64,000 bases of DNA, from positions 128,001 to 192,000 of the forward strand of contig CAXWPH010000006.1 in NCBI GenBank assembly GCA_963666055.2. The letters are read 5' to 3'. The notes beneath the pieces are model-generated. The model ran no database searches. It worked only from the letters and a program-made list of their open reading frames with translations, and was not told the origin of the DNA. Positions within the stretch are counted from its first letter, which is position 1; the number at the start of each line of letters is the position of its first letter. Below are positions 26,748-37,210 of the stretch, piece by piece. The position numbers and the translations under genes were made by a program. Source of the DNA: Acidobacteriota bacterium (lineage in GTDB: Bacteria; Acidobacteriota; UBA890; WLXD01).

Positions 26748-27821
26748 CTACGGAGCAACGTGATTCTGTCGAATTGTACCAGGGTCGGGCTTTGGAGCAG
26801 GGGTTGGGTCGCCCAGCAGCCAACTGGCCTGCGCCGGAAGATCGAGCGCGTCGCTGTCGCCGCGCCGCAGCCGACCGTAGCCGGCACCGGCCACCATCGC
26901 GGCGTTGTCGGTCGAAAGCTCGCGCGAGGATACGTATAGCGGCAGGTCTAGGTCGTCTGCGAGCGCCGCGAATCTCCTTCGAAGATCCCGGTTCGCCGCC
27001 ACGCCGCCCGCAAGCACGAGTCCGCTTGCGGGATGGACCCGCGCGGCGCGGCGCATGGTATCGACCAGCATGTCGACAGCTGCGCATTGGAAGCTCGCGG
27101 CAAGGTCGCGTACGCGCTGATCCTCGGGAGAGGCTGGCGGCAGGGCGTGCGCCAATGCCAGGCGGCGCGCCGCCGTCTTCAGCCCCGAAAAGGAGAATTC
27201 CAGGCCCAGCTCGGCACGCGGCAATGCGAATCGTTGCGGATCACCGTCGGCGGCAAGCCGCTCGATGATCGGCCCGCCAGGGAAACCCAGTTCGAGGAGC
27301 TTGGCGAGCTTGTCGAATGCTTCGCCAGCGGCATCATCGCGAGTACTGCCCAGCCCTTCGTATACTGGCCCTCTCTGTACTCGATAGAGCGCCGTGTGCC
27401 CGCCGGAGACAATCAGCGCCAGGAGTGGATACCGAATATCGATGCCGGCCGTCAGCGTCGGCATCAGGGCGCCATGTACGTGCGCTGCGAGGTGATGAAT
27501 ACCGACATAGGGCAATCGACAAGATCGCGCCAACCCTCGCCCGAAGCACCAGCCGGCCAGCAACGCCCCGATCAATCCCGGTCCGCGCGTCACCGCAATA
27601 GCATCGATACCGTCAAGTTCCAGATCGGCGGACCCGAGCACCGCCTCGAGCATGCCGGGAAGCGCCTCGACGTGCTTGCGCGCGGCGATCTCGGGGACCA
27701 CCCCTCCGAACGGTTGGTGCTCCGGCTGCGACGATACCCGGTTTGCGAGTACGCGATGCCCGTCCTCCACGATCGCCACCCCGGTGTCATCGCACGACGT
27801 TTCGATGCCCAGGATCACCAT
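26748..27821 (-). CDS. tsaD: tRNA N6-adenosine threonylcarbamoyltransferase
   Basis: LGIETSCDDT, GGVVPEIAAR, HHLAAH, VSGGHT, DDAAGEAFDK, TDNAAM. Confidence 0.96.
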   Translation of the reverse strand: MVILGIETSCDDTGVAIVEDGHRVLANRVSSQPEHQPFGGVVPEIAARKHVEALPGMLEAVLGSADLELDGIDAIAVTRGPGLIGALLAGWCFGRGLARSCRLPYVGIHHLAAHVHGALMPTLTAGIDIRYPLLALIVSGGHTALYRVQRGPVYEGLGSTRDDAAGEAFDKLAKLLELGFPGGPIIERLAADGDPQRFALPRAELGLEFSFSGLKTAARRLALAHALPPASPEDQRVRDLAASFQCAAVDMLVDTMRRAARVHPASGLVLAGGVAANRDLRRRFAALADDLDLPLYVSSRELSTDNAAMVAGAGYGRLRRGDSDALDLPAQASWLLGDPTPAPKPDPGTIRQNHVAP

Positions 27822-28868
27822 CTACGCATCCTCGACGCGGCGACAGCAGGCCCGTAGGGACTCCGTGTACGGTGGACGCACGATGCCGCTTTCGGTGATG
27901 ACTGCGGTCACCAGACGGGCGGGGGTGATATCGAAGGCTGGATACACGGCTGAAACTCCCTCCGGCGCGATGCGCACCGAGTTCAGAATCACGACTTCCT
28001 CGCCGTCGCGCTCCTCGATCGGAATCTCCGCCCCGGAGGTCACGTCCAGATCGATCGTGCTTGTAGGTGCCGCAACGTAGAAGGGAATGCCGTGCTCGTA
28101 AGCCAGCACTGCGATCGTGTACGTGCCGATCTTGTTGGCCACATCACCGTTGGCGGCGATGCGGTCGGCGCCGACCACCACGACATCGACCGACCCGCGC
28201 TGCATCATGTGACCCGCCATGCTGTCGGTGATCACCGTGCACGGAATATCGTCGTGCTGCATCTCCCATGCTGTTAGTCGGGAGCCCTGCAGGAATGGCC
28301 GGGTTTCGTTGACCAGCACGTGAACGCGTCGGCCGGACTCGACTGCAGCGCGCACTACGCCCAGGGCAGTACCGTAGCCGGCGGTAGCCAGCGCGCCGGC
28401 ATTGCAATGGGTCATCACCCGGGCGCCATCCGCTATCAGGTCGGCGCCGTGTCTTCCCATCCGACGATTGATCTCTACGTCCTGCTCTCGAAGCAGCAGG
28501 GCCGCCTCCAGCAGCTGCCGGCGCGCCGCGTCTACCCCGTCGGACAGCGCCTCTTCGACAATCCGGCCCATCCGTCGAACCGCCCAGGACAGGTTCACGG
28601 CGGTAGGTCGGGCCGCCTCCACCCGCTCGCAAAGCGCCGCGAACTCGACCCGGAAAACCAACGGATCGTCGCTCAGACATCGCGCCTCCATCGCCAGCCC
28701 CAGGGCCGCCGTTACGCCGATAGCCGGCGCCCCACGAACGACCAGGTCACGAATCGCGTCGATCACCTGCTCGGCGGTATGCAACGCCAAATAGGTTTCC
28801 TCACCGGGCAACGCGCGCTGGTCCAGCAGTACGACGGCGCCCCCTTTCCACGCGATCGGCTCGATCAT
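27822..28868 (-). CDS. mtnA: S-methyl-5-thioribose-1-phosphate isomerase
   Basis: VRGAPAIG, RPTAVNL, THCNAGALAT, ETRPFLQG, GADRIAANGDVANKIGT. Confidence 0.96.
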   Translation of the reverse strand: MIEPIAWKGGAVVLLDQRALPGEETYLALHTAEQVIDAIRDLVVRGAPAIGVTAALGLAMEARCLSDDPLVFRVEFAALCERVEAARPTAVNLSWAVRRMGRIVEEALSDGVDAARRQLLEAALLLREQDVEINRRMGRHGADLIADGARVMTHCNAGALATAGYGTALGVVRAAVESGRRVHVLVNETRPFLQGSRLTAWEMQHDDIPCTVITDSMAGHMMQRGSVDVVVVGADRIAANGDVANKIGTYTIAVLAYEHGIPFYVAAPTSTIDLDVTSGAEIPIEERDGEEVVILNSVRIAPEGVSAVYPAFDITPARLVTAVITESGIVRPPYTESLRACCRRVEDA

Positions 28869-28980
28869 CCGTGCTCCATTCGGTTGACGCTGTTCGCCAT
28901 CGATCGTTACGATCTCCGGCAGAGTTACGATCTCGGCGAGCGCTTTCGCGACGCTATCTGCACTTTGTCAAGTTTTCACC

Positions 28981-29880
28981 ATGGCCTGGTTTCGCAAGAA
29001 ACGTACGTCGAAGCGCGCGGTCGGTGACCGACGCTCAGATATGCCGTCGGGCCTTTGGACCCGATGCAACAACTGTCGCGAGATCGTCTATCGCAAGGAG
29101 ATCCTGCGAAACGCCAGCGTCTGCCCCAAATGCAGCTATCACTTTCGCATATCGGCCAGCGACCGGCTGTCGCTACTATGCGATGACGGCCGCTGGACCG
29201 AATTCAACGAGCAGATGGCACCCACGGACTCGCTGCGTTTTCGCGATACCAAACGCTACCGCGATCGCCTCACCGACTACCAGGAGCGCACTGGCCTCAA
29301 AGACGCGGTGATCACCGCCGATGCTCGTCTCGAGGGCATGGCCGTAGTCTTTGCGGCCATGGAATACGGCTTCATGGGCGGTTCCATGGGGTCGGTAGTC
29401 GGCGAGAAGATAACTCGATCGGCAGAGCGCGCGCTCGAGTTGCGCGTGCCGTTGATCGTAGTGTCTTGCTCCGGCGGAGCCCGGATGCAGGAGGGGGCAC
29501 AATCGCTGATGCAGATGGCGAAGATCTCGGCAGCTTTAGCGAGGCTGTCAGCGGCGTCGCTGCCATTCCTCTCCGTGCTTACAGACCCGACAACCGGCGG
29601 AGTAACTGCATCGTTCGCCATGCTCGGGGATCTGAACATTGCCGAGCCGCAGGCGTTGATCGGCTTCGCCGGGCCGCGGGTGATCGAGCAGACCATTCGC
29701 GAGCGGCTACCCGAGGGGTTCCAGCGCAGTGAGTTTCTGCTGGCGCATGGCATGCTCGATTTGGTGGTGGCGCGCAGCGAGCTCAAGCAGACGCTGGCGA
29801 CTGTGCTCCGGCACCTCGGATTCGCTGCGGCCGAGGCGCCAGCTGCGGCCCGGGTAACGGCCGACGAGGTCTCCCCCTGA
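28981..29880 (+). CDS. accD: acetyl-CoA carboxylase carboxyltransferase beta subunit
   Basis: CNNC..CPKC zinc finger, FMGGSMG, SGGARMQEG, DPTTGGVTASF. Confidence 0.97.
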   Translation: MAWFRKKRTSKRAVGDRRSDMPSGLWTRCNNCREIVYRKEILRNASVCPKCSYHFRISASDRLSLLCDDGRWTEFNEQMAPTDSLRFRDTKRYRDRLTDYQERTGLKDAVITADARLEGMAVVFAAMEYGFMGGSMGSVVGEKITRSAERALELRVPLIVVSCSGGARMQEGAQSLMQMAKISAALARLSAASLPFLSVLTDPTTGGVTASFAMLGDLNIAEPQALIGFAGPRVIEQTIRERLPEGFQRSEFLLAHGMLDLVVARSELKQTLATVLRHLGFAAAEAPAAARVTADEVSP

Positions 29881-29902
29881 GGGCACACCGTCGTACCGGC
29901 CG

Positions 29903-31244
29903 ATGAACGTGTCTGCGGCTCGCCGGCGACTGGAGCAGTTGGGTCCCGAAACCATGACGCCGGGCCTCGAGCGTATCCGTAACCTCCTGGAGGGGCTCGG
30001 GAACCCGCACCAGCGCTATCCGACGTCGATCGTCGCCGGCACCAACGGCAAGGGCTCGACAACGGCGATGTTGGGCGCGATCGGTCTCGCCGCAGGCCTG
30101 CGGGTGGGTGTTTACTCTTCGCCGCACCTGCACGATCTCGGAGAGCGCTTCCAGATCGACGGGCATCCGATCTCACAGAGCAGCCTGGAAGCTCACCTAG
30201 GCGCCGTGTTCGCTGCCGTTGACGAGCTCGTCGATAGCGGCCGAATGGAACAGCCACCCAGTTACTTCGAGATCCTCACCGCGGTGGCGTTCCGTTACTT
30301 CGCCGAAGCGCGGGTCGATCTCGCCGTGCTCGAGGTCGGTCTAGGGGGTCGCCTTGACGCTACCAACGTGACCAAGCCGAGGGTCGCCGTGATCACACCG
30401 ATCGCCCTCGACCACACCGATTGGCTGGGGGACGACATCGCCCAGATCGCCGAGGAGAAGTTCGCTGTTGCGCCGCATGGCGGGGTGGCAGTCGTTGCCC
30501 CGCAGCCGCCCGCGGTCACCGAGGTGATCGAGCGGCGCGCGCAGGAGCGCGAGATCACGCTGTTGCGAGCCACCGATTTCCCGGTCGAGGTCCGTGACGT
30601 CGACTCCCGCTTGCGCCACACTTTCGACTTGGCGGCACGGATGCGCTCGTATAGCGGGCTGCAGCTCGAGCTGGCCGGGTCGCACCAGGTCGAGAACGCA
30701 CGCTGCGCCGTGCTTGCTGCCGAGGCCCTCGATCGCCGTCGCTTGCGCATCAACTCCGACGCCATCTGGGCAGGGCTCCGCCGCGCCTGGATCGCTGGGC
30801 GATGTGAATGGTTCGAGGGTTCGCCGCCAATCTTGCTGGATGGTGCCCACAACCCCGACGCGGCGGTGGCGTTGACCGGCTATCTGGATCGGCTTCGCGA
30901 CGCCAACAGGTTCCCGACGACTCCACCTGGTGTTTGGCGCGCTCGACGACAAGGACATCACCGGAATGGCACAGCTGTTGTACCCGCGGGCCGACACGTT
31001 GATCGTAACGCGGCCACCATCGACGCGCAGTCCCCGGCCCGAGGAGTTGCTCGCTGCTGCGCCGGCCCCGGATACGGCGGTGGCGATTAGTAATCCGGCG
31101 GACGCCTTGGCGCACGCACGCGAGCTCGCCGACAACGACGATCTGATCTGCGTTACCGGCTCCATCTACCTGCTCGGCCAGCTGCGGCCGGCGTTGCTAG
31201 CAGCAACCGACGCGAACCCGCGTCCTAACCCGCCTTTCGTCTAG
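29903..31244 (+). CDS. folC: folylpolyglutamate/dihydrofolate synthase with an apparent 1-nt frameshift near 30913-30915
   Basis: GTNGKGS, YSSPHL, EVGLGGRLDATN and LDGAHN in one frame; FGALDDKD and VTGSIYL continue in another frame (30930-31244). Confidence 0.88.
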
Positions 31245-31329
31245 GCGCTACAATGACCTTGGCTCTGGAATCAGGGTGCCCCAGACCATCGCTACGTCAC
31301 TGCCCGACGCGATCTAATTCGACTCCCGT

Positions 31330-33588
31330 ATGCTCGATCTTCAGCCACAGCGTCCGCCTGGCACATGGACCGTCAGCGTCCTGGCAGTTGCCGCGCTGGC
31401 CGGCCTTGCTAGCCATGTGGAGGCCCAGCAGGCGGGGATCACGCTGGGGCTCGCGGCGTGTTGCGAAGTGCAGTATCGGAACGTTCGCATCGAGGGCAGC
31501 GTCTTCCATCTCACCGGAGACGTCGACATCATCGACAACCAGCGCGGGATTCGGCTGCTAGCTGACTCGATCAGCTTCGATACCGAGGAGCTGAGCTTCG
31601 AGGCCACCGGCAACGTCTCGTTCGGGCAGGGAGCGCTGCTGCTCAACGGCAGCGCCATGCGCGGCGACCTGGACGATGCCACCCTCGAGATGGAAGACGT
31701 GATCGGCGTGGCACCGGGCCCCTTCTATGTGCGTGCGTCGCATCTCGAACAGATCGAGCCAGGCAAGTTCCGCGGCGACAACTTCGTGCTGACACCGTGT
31801 AACCAGAGCACGTCGATCTGGGAGTTCCGCGGCAGCAGCATGACCTTCAAGCCCGGCAAGTACGTGCGTATGTCCTGGCCGCACCTGCGCGTAAAGGGCC
31901 TGCCCTTATTCGGGCTGCCTTTCATGATCTGGCCACTTCAGGATTCAGCGCGGCAAACTGGACTGCTGATTCCGGCGCTCGCAACCTCGAGTCGCAAAGG
32001 CTTCTCGGTAGCGGAGACGTTCTTCTGGGCCATCAATCGCAGCGCCGATTTGACGCTGTCCTACGAGCACTATGCCAACGCCGGCAATGGCTACTCAGCC
32101 GAGTTTCGGCATGCCCTCGGCGATAGCGCCAACGGTTCGGTCCGTGCCTATTTCTTGCCGGGTAAAGAAGCTACGCAAGAGGAGAAGGAGGCCGGCAAGT
32201 TCTCGTTCTCGCGCGGTTTCCTCATTAGTGCGATGCACATCCAGCCCCTGCCAGGCGGTACCACGTTCCGGCTTGGCGCGGACTCGGTCAGCAGCACCGA
32301 GTTCGCCCGTCAGTTTCAAGACGACATCAACAAATTCCTGCAGCGGCAGTCGTACTTCACCGGCGAGCTCACCAAGAGCTGGGGTGCCAACACACTGTCG
32401 CTGGTGGGCAGCAGCACCCAGCGCTTTGACAGCAACACGTTGTCGACCATCGGGCGCCGGCTACCAATGCTACGGTACAGCCTGCGCAGCACGCAGCTTC
32501 TGGGGCCGATCTACGTGGCCGCTCAGGCCTCGGTGGCACGGCTACAGAAGCTGCGCATCGAGGAAAAGGCCCGGGGTGCCAAGAGCGACGGCGGTGTCTA
32601 CAACCGCTTCGACATGCATCCGGAAGTGTCGGTCCAGTTGACGCAGATCCCATGGCTGACGTTCAACCCGTTCTTCCGCTATCGCTCGACCCGCTGGTCG
32701 CATCGGACCCGGCAGGATGAGTTCAAGTTCGGCGCCAACCCCATCTCCCGGAACTTCTACGAGACCGGCGTCGAGATGGTGGGACCACAGCTGTTCAAGA
32801 TCTACGACACGCCGGGGAGCAGCTACTCGCCACGCCTCAAGCACATTATTCAGCCACGCCTCGTGTATCGACGCATACACCCGATCAACGCCAAGCCCAA
32901 GGAGTTGGCGCGCATCATTCTCTTCGACGAGATCGATTTCAGCGTCGCCGACAGCCAGAGCCTGACCGCAGAGATAACCACTCGGCTCTTCGCCAAACGC
33001 TACCCTGACCCCAACGCCGAGGAGCGCATGGTCTGGCAGTCTGCCGAGATCACGGTCGGCCGCACCTACAATCTCCAGCCGCTGACTCTGGCGGAGGAGG
33101 AGGTGGGCGTGCCACGGGTGAGGCTGCCTTGGTTCCTACGCGCGCGTCTCACCCCCAGCGCCACTTTCTATATCCAGGGCGATATGAGCTTCACACCCTC
33201 GTTCACTCCTGCCAGCTACACCGTGTCGGCCGAGGCGCGCGGCGCGGGTTCCGGGCTGGGGCTGAGCTGGTTTCGCGGCGTGAGTAACTTCCTCGACCCC
33301 CAGGATCTCAGCCAGGTCTTGGTGCAGACCACCAGCAACACGTTGCAAGTCTGGGGCAACGTCAGCCTGTTCGCCCAGCGCTTGACGCTCGGCTCCCGCG
33401 CCGGCATGGATCTGTTCCGCAATCAGCTGCAGAACATCAGCGGCAGCGTGCAATGGAACTTGCAGTGCTGTTCGCTCGGGGTCGACATCAGGCGACTCAA
33501 CTTCTTCGATCGCCAGGAGACCCAGTTCGCCCTGTTGCTGAACCTGGCGCAGGTCGGCAGTTTCGGGTTCGACAGCCATCGTCAATAG
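31330..33588 (+). CDS. lptD: LPS assembly outer-membrane protein LptD
   Basis: OstA-like N-terminus, TPC, RQTGLLIP, FFWAINRSAD, C-terminal QCC; beta-barrel character. Confidence 0.85.
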   Translation: MLDLQPQRPPGTWTVSVLAVAALAGLASHVEAQQAGITLGLAACCEVQYRNVRIEGSVFHLTGDVDIIDNQRGIRLLADSISFDTEELSFEATGNVSFGQGALLLNGSAMRGDLDDATLEMEDVIGVAPGPFYVRASHLEQIEPGKFRGDNFVLTPCNQSTSIWEFRGSSMTFKPGKYVRMSWPHLRVKGLPLFGLPFMIWPLQDSARQTGLLIPALATSSRKGFSVAETFFWAINRSADLTLSYEHYANAGNGYSAEFRHALGDSANGSVRAYFLPGKEATQEEKEAGKFSFSRGFLISAMHIQPLPGGTTFRLGADSVSSTEFARQFQDDINKFLQRQSYFTGELTKSWGANTLSLVGSSTQRFDSNTLSTIGRRLPMLRYSLRSTQLLGPIYVAAQASVARLQKLRIEEKARGAKSDGGVYNRFDMHPEVSVQLTQIPWLTFNPFFRYRSTRWSHRTRQDEFKFGANPISRNFYETGVEMVGPQLFKIYDTPGSSYSPRLKHIIQPRLVYRRIHPINAKPKELARIILFDEIDFSVADSQSLTAEITTRLFAKRYPDPNAEERMVWQSAEITVGRTYNLQPLTLAEEEVGVPRVRLPWFLRARLTPSATFYIQGDMSFTPSFTPASYTVSAEARGAGSGLGLSWFRGVSNFLDPQDLSQVLVQTTSNTLQVWGNVSLFAQRLTLGSRAGMDLFRNQLQNISGSVQWNLQCCSLGVDIRRLNFFDRQETQFALLLNLAQVGSFGFDSHRQ

Positions 33589-33679
33589 ACATGTCGGACT
33601 CGCCGCTCGGTCGGGCCACGCGAACCGGCGACAGCGTGTATAAGCTCCCTGAGCGTAATCTTGTCAGAAGGAGCCCCGC

Positions 33680-34633
33680 ATGCGCGTTTTGATCACCGGT
33701 ATCACGGGATTCGCCGGTTCGCACCTGGCCGACTTCGCACTCGACCAGGAAGGGGTCGAGGTTTACGGCATTCGGCGCTGGCGATCTCCCACAGAAAACA
33801 TCGACCATCTGGTCGATCAGCTAAACATCGTCGAGTGCGACCTTCGCGACGCTGCGTCCGTAACATCGATGATCGACAGAATACGACCGGATCGGATCTT
33901 CCATCTCGCCGCCCAGTCGTACGTGCCTACATCGTGGCACGCGCCGGCAGAGAGTCTGGAAACGAATATCATGGGCCAGCTGAACGTGTTCGAGGCTCTC
34001 CGCCAGACGGGCTGCGATGCTCGGATTCATATCGCCGGCTCGTCGGAGGAATACGGGCTCGTGTATCGCGACGAGGTTCCCATCACCGAGGCGAACCCCC
34101 TGCGCCCACTGTCTCCCTATGCCGTCTCAAAGGTCACGCAGGACCTGCTCGCGTACCAGTACTTTCGCTCCTACGGCACCCACACAATCCGCACGCGGGG
34201 CTTCAACCACACTGGGCCGCGGCGCGGCGAAGTGTTCGTCGTCAGTAATTTCGCCAAGCAGATAGCCTTGATCGAGGCCGACGCGCGAGAACCGACGATT
34301 CGCGTCGGCAACCTCGAGGCCGAGCGCGATTTCACCGACGTGCGGGATGTTGTGCGCGGCTACTGGCTGATCCTGGAGCACGGTGAAGCGGGCGACGTCT
34401 ACAACATTGCCAGCGGCAAGTCTTGGAAGATCCAGGCAGTGCTAGATCTCCTGCTGTCGTTTTCGGAGGTCGACATCAAAGTCGAGCTCGACCCGGAACG
34501 ACTTCGACCTTCCGATGTCGAACTGCTGCTCGGCGACGCCTCCAAGCTGAGAGCGGTCACCGGTTGGGAGCCGGTCATTCCCTTCGAACAAACAGCGCGG
34601 GAAACTCTGGACTACTGGCGGGCGCGCGTCTGA
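33680..34633 (+). CDS. GDP-mannose 4,6-dehydratase-like extended SDR
   Basis: ITGITGFAG, HLAAQS, SSEEYG, SPYAVSK, GNLEAERDF, LRPSDV. Confidence 0.88.
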   Translation: MRVLITGITGFAGSHLADFALDQEGVEVYGIRRWRSPTENIDHLVDQLNIVECDLRDAASVTSMIDRIRPDRIFHLAAQSYVPTSWHAPAESLETNIMGQLNVFEALRQTGCDARIHIAGSSEEYGLVYRDEVPITEANPLRPLSPYAVSKVTQDLLAYQYFRSYGTHTIRTRGFNHTGPRRGEVFVVSNFAKQIALIEADAREPTIRVGNLEAERDFTDVRDVVRGYWLILEHGEAGDVYNIASGKSWKIQAVLDLLLSFSEVDIKVELDPERLRPSDVELLLGDASKLRAVTGWEPVIPFEQTARETLDYWRARV

Positions 34634-34677
34634 CGCCATTCCAGGGAACTCCGCTGCCAGCAAACCGGAGCAGGTCG

Positions 34678-35643
34678 ATCGCCACTTCGCTGATCACCGG
34701 GATCACCGGGTTCGCCGGTAGATATTTGTCGACGATCCTACAAGAACGTGGCGAACGCGTGTGTGGCTATGCACAGCCACCCGGCAACAACCGACATCAG
34801 TCGGAGCACGTCGAGGGCGCCGACCTACACTACGGCGACATACTGGATACCGATCACCTGTCAGAGTTGCTGGCACAGGTTCGCCCGCACACCGTGTACC
34901 ACCTGGCGGCGCTATCGCATGTCGGGAACTCCTGGGAGCATCGGCGAGCGACACTCGAGGTGAACCTCCTCGGGACTGACGCAGTGCTCGACGCCGTCGC
35001 CCAAACGAACCGGGAGACCACGGTGGTCCTCGTGTCGAGCGGCCAGGTATACGGAGCCACCGACGAGGGCTCCATGCCTCTGGGAGAGACAGCAGCAACA
35101 CGACCGCGCAACCCCTACGCGGCCAGCAAGCTGTGCGCCGAAGTGCTCGGCCGCCAAGCAGCCGACGCCGGCATGGCCCGCACCGTCATAGTGCGACCAT
35201 TCAACTTCGCCGGTCCCGGGCAGGAACCGGCCTTCGTCTGCTCCGACTTCGCCCGCCAGATCGCCCTCGCTGAGGTGACCGAGCGGAGGCCCCGCATTCG
35301 GGTTGGCAATCTCGAGGCGCGTCGCGACTTCACTCACGTACTCGATATGGCACGCGGCTTCCGCGCCGCCGCCGAGCACGGCCGCGCCGGAGCTACATAC
35401 AACCTGTGCAGCGGGCAGGGTATCGCCGTCCAGGAAATACTCGACGGGCTGCTGGCGCTCTCGCCCGCCGAGATCACCGTCGAGGTCGACCCGGAGCGCT
35501 TCCAGCCGGTAGACGTCCCGCTGTTTATCGGCGACGGTTCGCGCGCCCGGCGTGAGCTCGGATGGCAACCCGAGATTCCGATGGCCGAGACACTGCAGCA
35601 GACGCTCGAGTACTGGCGCAACCGAGTGCGAGCGGATGGCTGA
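34678..35643 (+). CDS. GDP-4-keto-6-deoxymannose reductase (Rmd)-like SDR; probable non-canonical ATC start
   Basis: ITGITGFAG, SSGQVYG, NPYAASK; GGAG 7 nt before ATC; no in-frame ATG/GTG/TTG between the upstream stop and the Rossmann motif. Confidence 0.8.
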   Translation: MATSLITGITGFAGRYLSTILQERGERVCGYAQPPGNNRHQSEHVEGADLHYGDILDTDHLSELLAQVRPHTVYHLAALSHVGNSWEHRRATLEVNLLGTDAVLDAVAQTNRETTVVLVSSGQVYGATDEGSMPLGETAATRPRNPYAASKLCAEVLGRQAADAGMARTVIVRPFNFAGPGQEPAFVCSDFARQIALAEVTERRPRIRVGNLEARRDFTHVLDMARGFRAAAEHGRAGATYNLCSGQGIAVQEILDGLLALSPAEITVEVDPERFQPVDVPLFIGDGSRARRELGWQPEIPMAETLQQTLEYWRNRVRADG

Positions 35644-36307
35644 GGTCGCCGGCGATCTACTCACGCTCATCAGCGCTCGAGCCGTGCCCGGGATTACCTT
35701 CGGAGTCGCGGTCGGCGGGCTCCTGTGGTTGCTGGGACTTGGGCGCCGGCGCGCCGCCCCGATTGCGGCACTCCTGCTAACGGCAACGTTCATCGCCGCC
35801 GGCTGGGGTCTCACCTTGCTAATCGCGCTGCAGCTCACGCTTGCCGGCGTCGGCGGCCGACTGTCGGCGGCGGGCACGCGACCGGACGCGCCGGATATCT
35901 TGGGCCTCGCCGGCGTTACCGCGTTATGCGCCGTCGGATCGATGAGTGGTACTGCTCTGGCATATTGGCTTGCCGCGGGTTGCGGAGCTGCTGTGGGAGC
36001 GGCGGCCACCTGGACAACGGAGATGCTCGGCAAGACGTCAGGCCGCGAGCACGACTCGCCAGCCGTCCGGAGCATCGGCATCGGTGCGACAGGCCTGGTA
36101 GCAGCAATCATCAGCGGCGGCAGCCTGGTGATCGCGGCGCTGTGGCTGCGCGTGCTGGGTGCCGGGGAACCGGCGCTGGCCGGCGTCGGCTCGCTATTCG
36201 GCGTGGCGCTGGCCAGGCGTGCCGGGCGAACGCGCTCTGGGCGGCTGGCCACGGCGGCACTGGTAGCCGGCACGTCTACCGCGTTCCTCGCTGCTCTTCT
36301 GCCCTAA
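35636..36307 (+). CDS. membrane protein, weakly DUF92-like
   Basis: multiple Ala/Gly/Leu-rich TM segments; AAATWTTEMLGK resembles the DUF92 motif. Confidence 0.55.
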   Translation: MAEVAGDLLTLISARAVPGITFGVAVGGLLWLLGLGRRRAAPIAALLLTATFIAAGWGLTLLIALQLTLAGVGGRLSAAGTRPDAPDILGLAGVTALCAVGSMSGTALAYWLAAGCGAAVGAAATWTTEMLGKTSGREHDSPAVRSIGIGATGLVAAIISGGSLVIAALWLRVLGAGEPALAGVGSLFGVALARRAGRTRSGRLATAALVAGTSTAFLAALLP

Positions 36308-36374
36308 GCTATCCCAGACGAGGCCGCTGCCGCCGCGCTACAATCGAAGCACCATCCCTTCGGAGGTCGCCAGC

Positions 36375-37205
36375 ATGAACGTATTGAAAACGACCGCGCT
36401 GCTCGGCGTGATGACCGGACTCCTGTTGGCAATCGGGTCCTTTTTCGGCAATCAGGGCCTGATAATCGCCATGGGCTTGGCGGTGGTCTTCAACTTCGGC
36501 AGCTACTGGTTCTCAGACAAGATCGTGCTGAAGATGTACCGTGCGCAGCCGGCCGACCCGAGTCAATTCGCCGCGTTGCATGCTGTGGTGGAACGGTTGG
36601 CCGGGCGCGCCGGCCTCCCGAAGCCCGCCATCTACGTGCTGCCGTCGCCGGGCGCGAACGCCTTCGCCACCGGACGCAACCCACAGCACTCGGCTGTCGC
36701 GGTAACGGCGGGATTGCTACAGATGCTCGACGAGCAGGAGCTCGAGGGCGTCCTCGCTCACGAACTGGCACATATCAAGAACCGCGACATCCTGGTCTCG
36801 AGCATCGCTGCCACCATGGCCGGCGCCATCACGATGATGGCTCGTATGGTCGGGTACGCGGCGATGTTCGGCGGAGGACGCGACCGCGACGGCGGTGGCG
36901 GCGCCTTGGGAGCACTCGCAATGATGATCGTCGCACCGTTAGCCGCGGTCGTAGTTCAGATGGCCGTATCTCGCACGCGCGAGTACAAGGCCGACGCGAC
37001 CGGCGCCCGGATAGTGGGGCATCCACATGGCTTGATGAGCGCCTTGCAGAAGCTGGAGCGCGCCAGCCAGCGAGTGCCCATGCAAGCTTCGCCGACGACA
37101 GCTCACATGTTCATCGTGCGACCGTTCTCCGGTGGCCTCACGAGCTTGTTCGCAACGCACCCGCCGATGCCAGAACGCATTCGCCGCCTGCACAACCTGA
37201 GCTGA
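36375..37205 (+). CDS. htpX: zinc metalloprotease HtpX (M48)
   Basis: ANAFATGRNP, AHELAH, SRTREYKAD, FATHPP. Confidence 0.95.
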   Translation: MNVLKTTALLGVMTGLLLAIGSFFGNQGLIIAMGLAVVFNFGSYWFSDKIVLKMYRAQPADPSQFAALHAVVERLAGRAGLPKPAIYVLPSPGANAFATGRNPQHSAVAVTAGLLQMLDEQELEGVLAHELAHIKNRDILVSSIAATMAGAITMMARMVGYAAMFGGGRDRDGGGGALGALAMMIVAPLAAVVVQMAVSRTREYKADATGARIVGHPHGLMSALQKLERASQRVPMQASPTTAHMFIVRPFSGGLTSLFATHPPMPERIRRLHNLS

Positions 37206-37210
37206 CGTCG

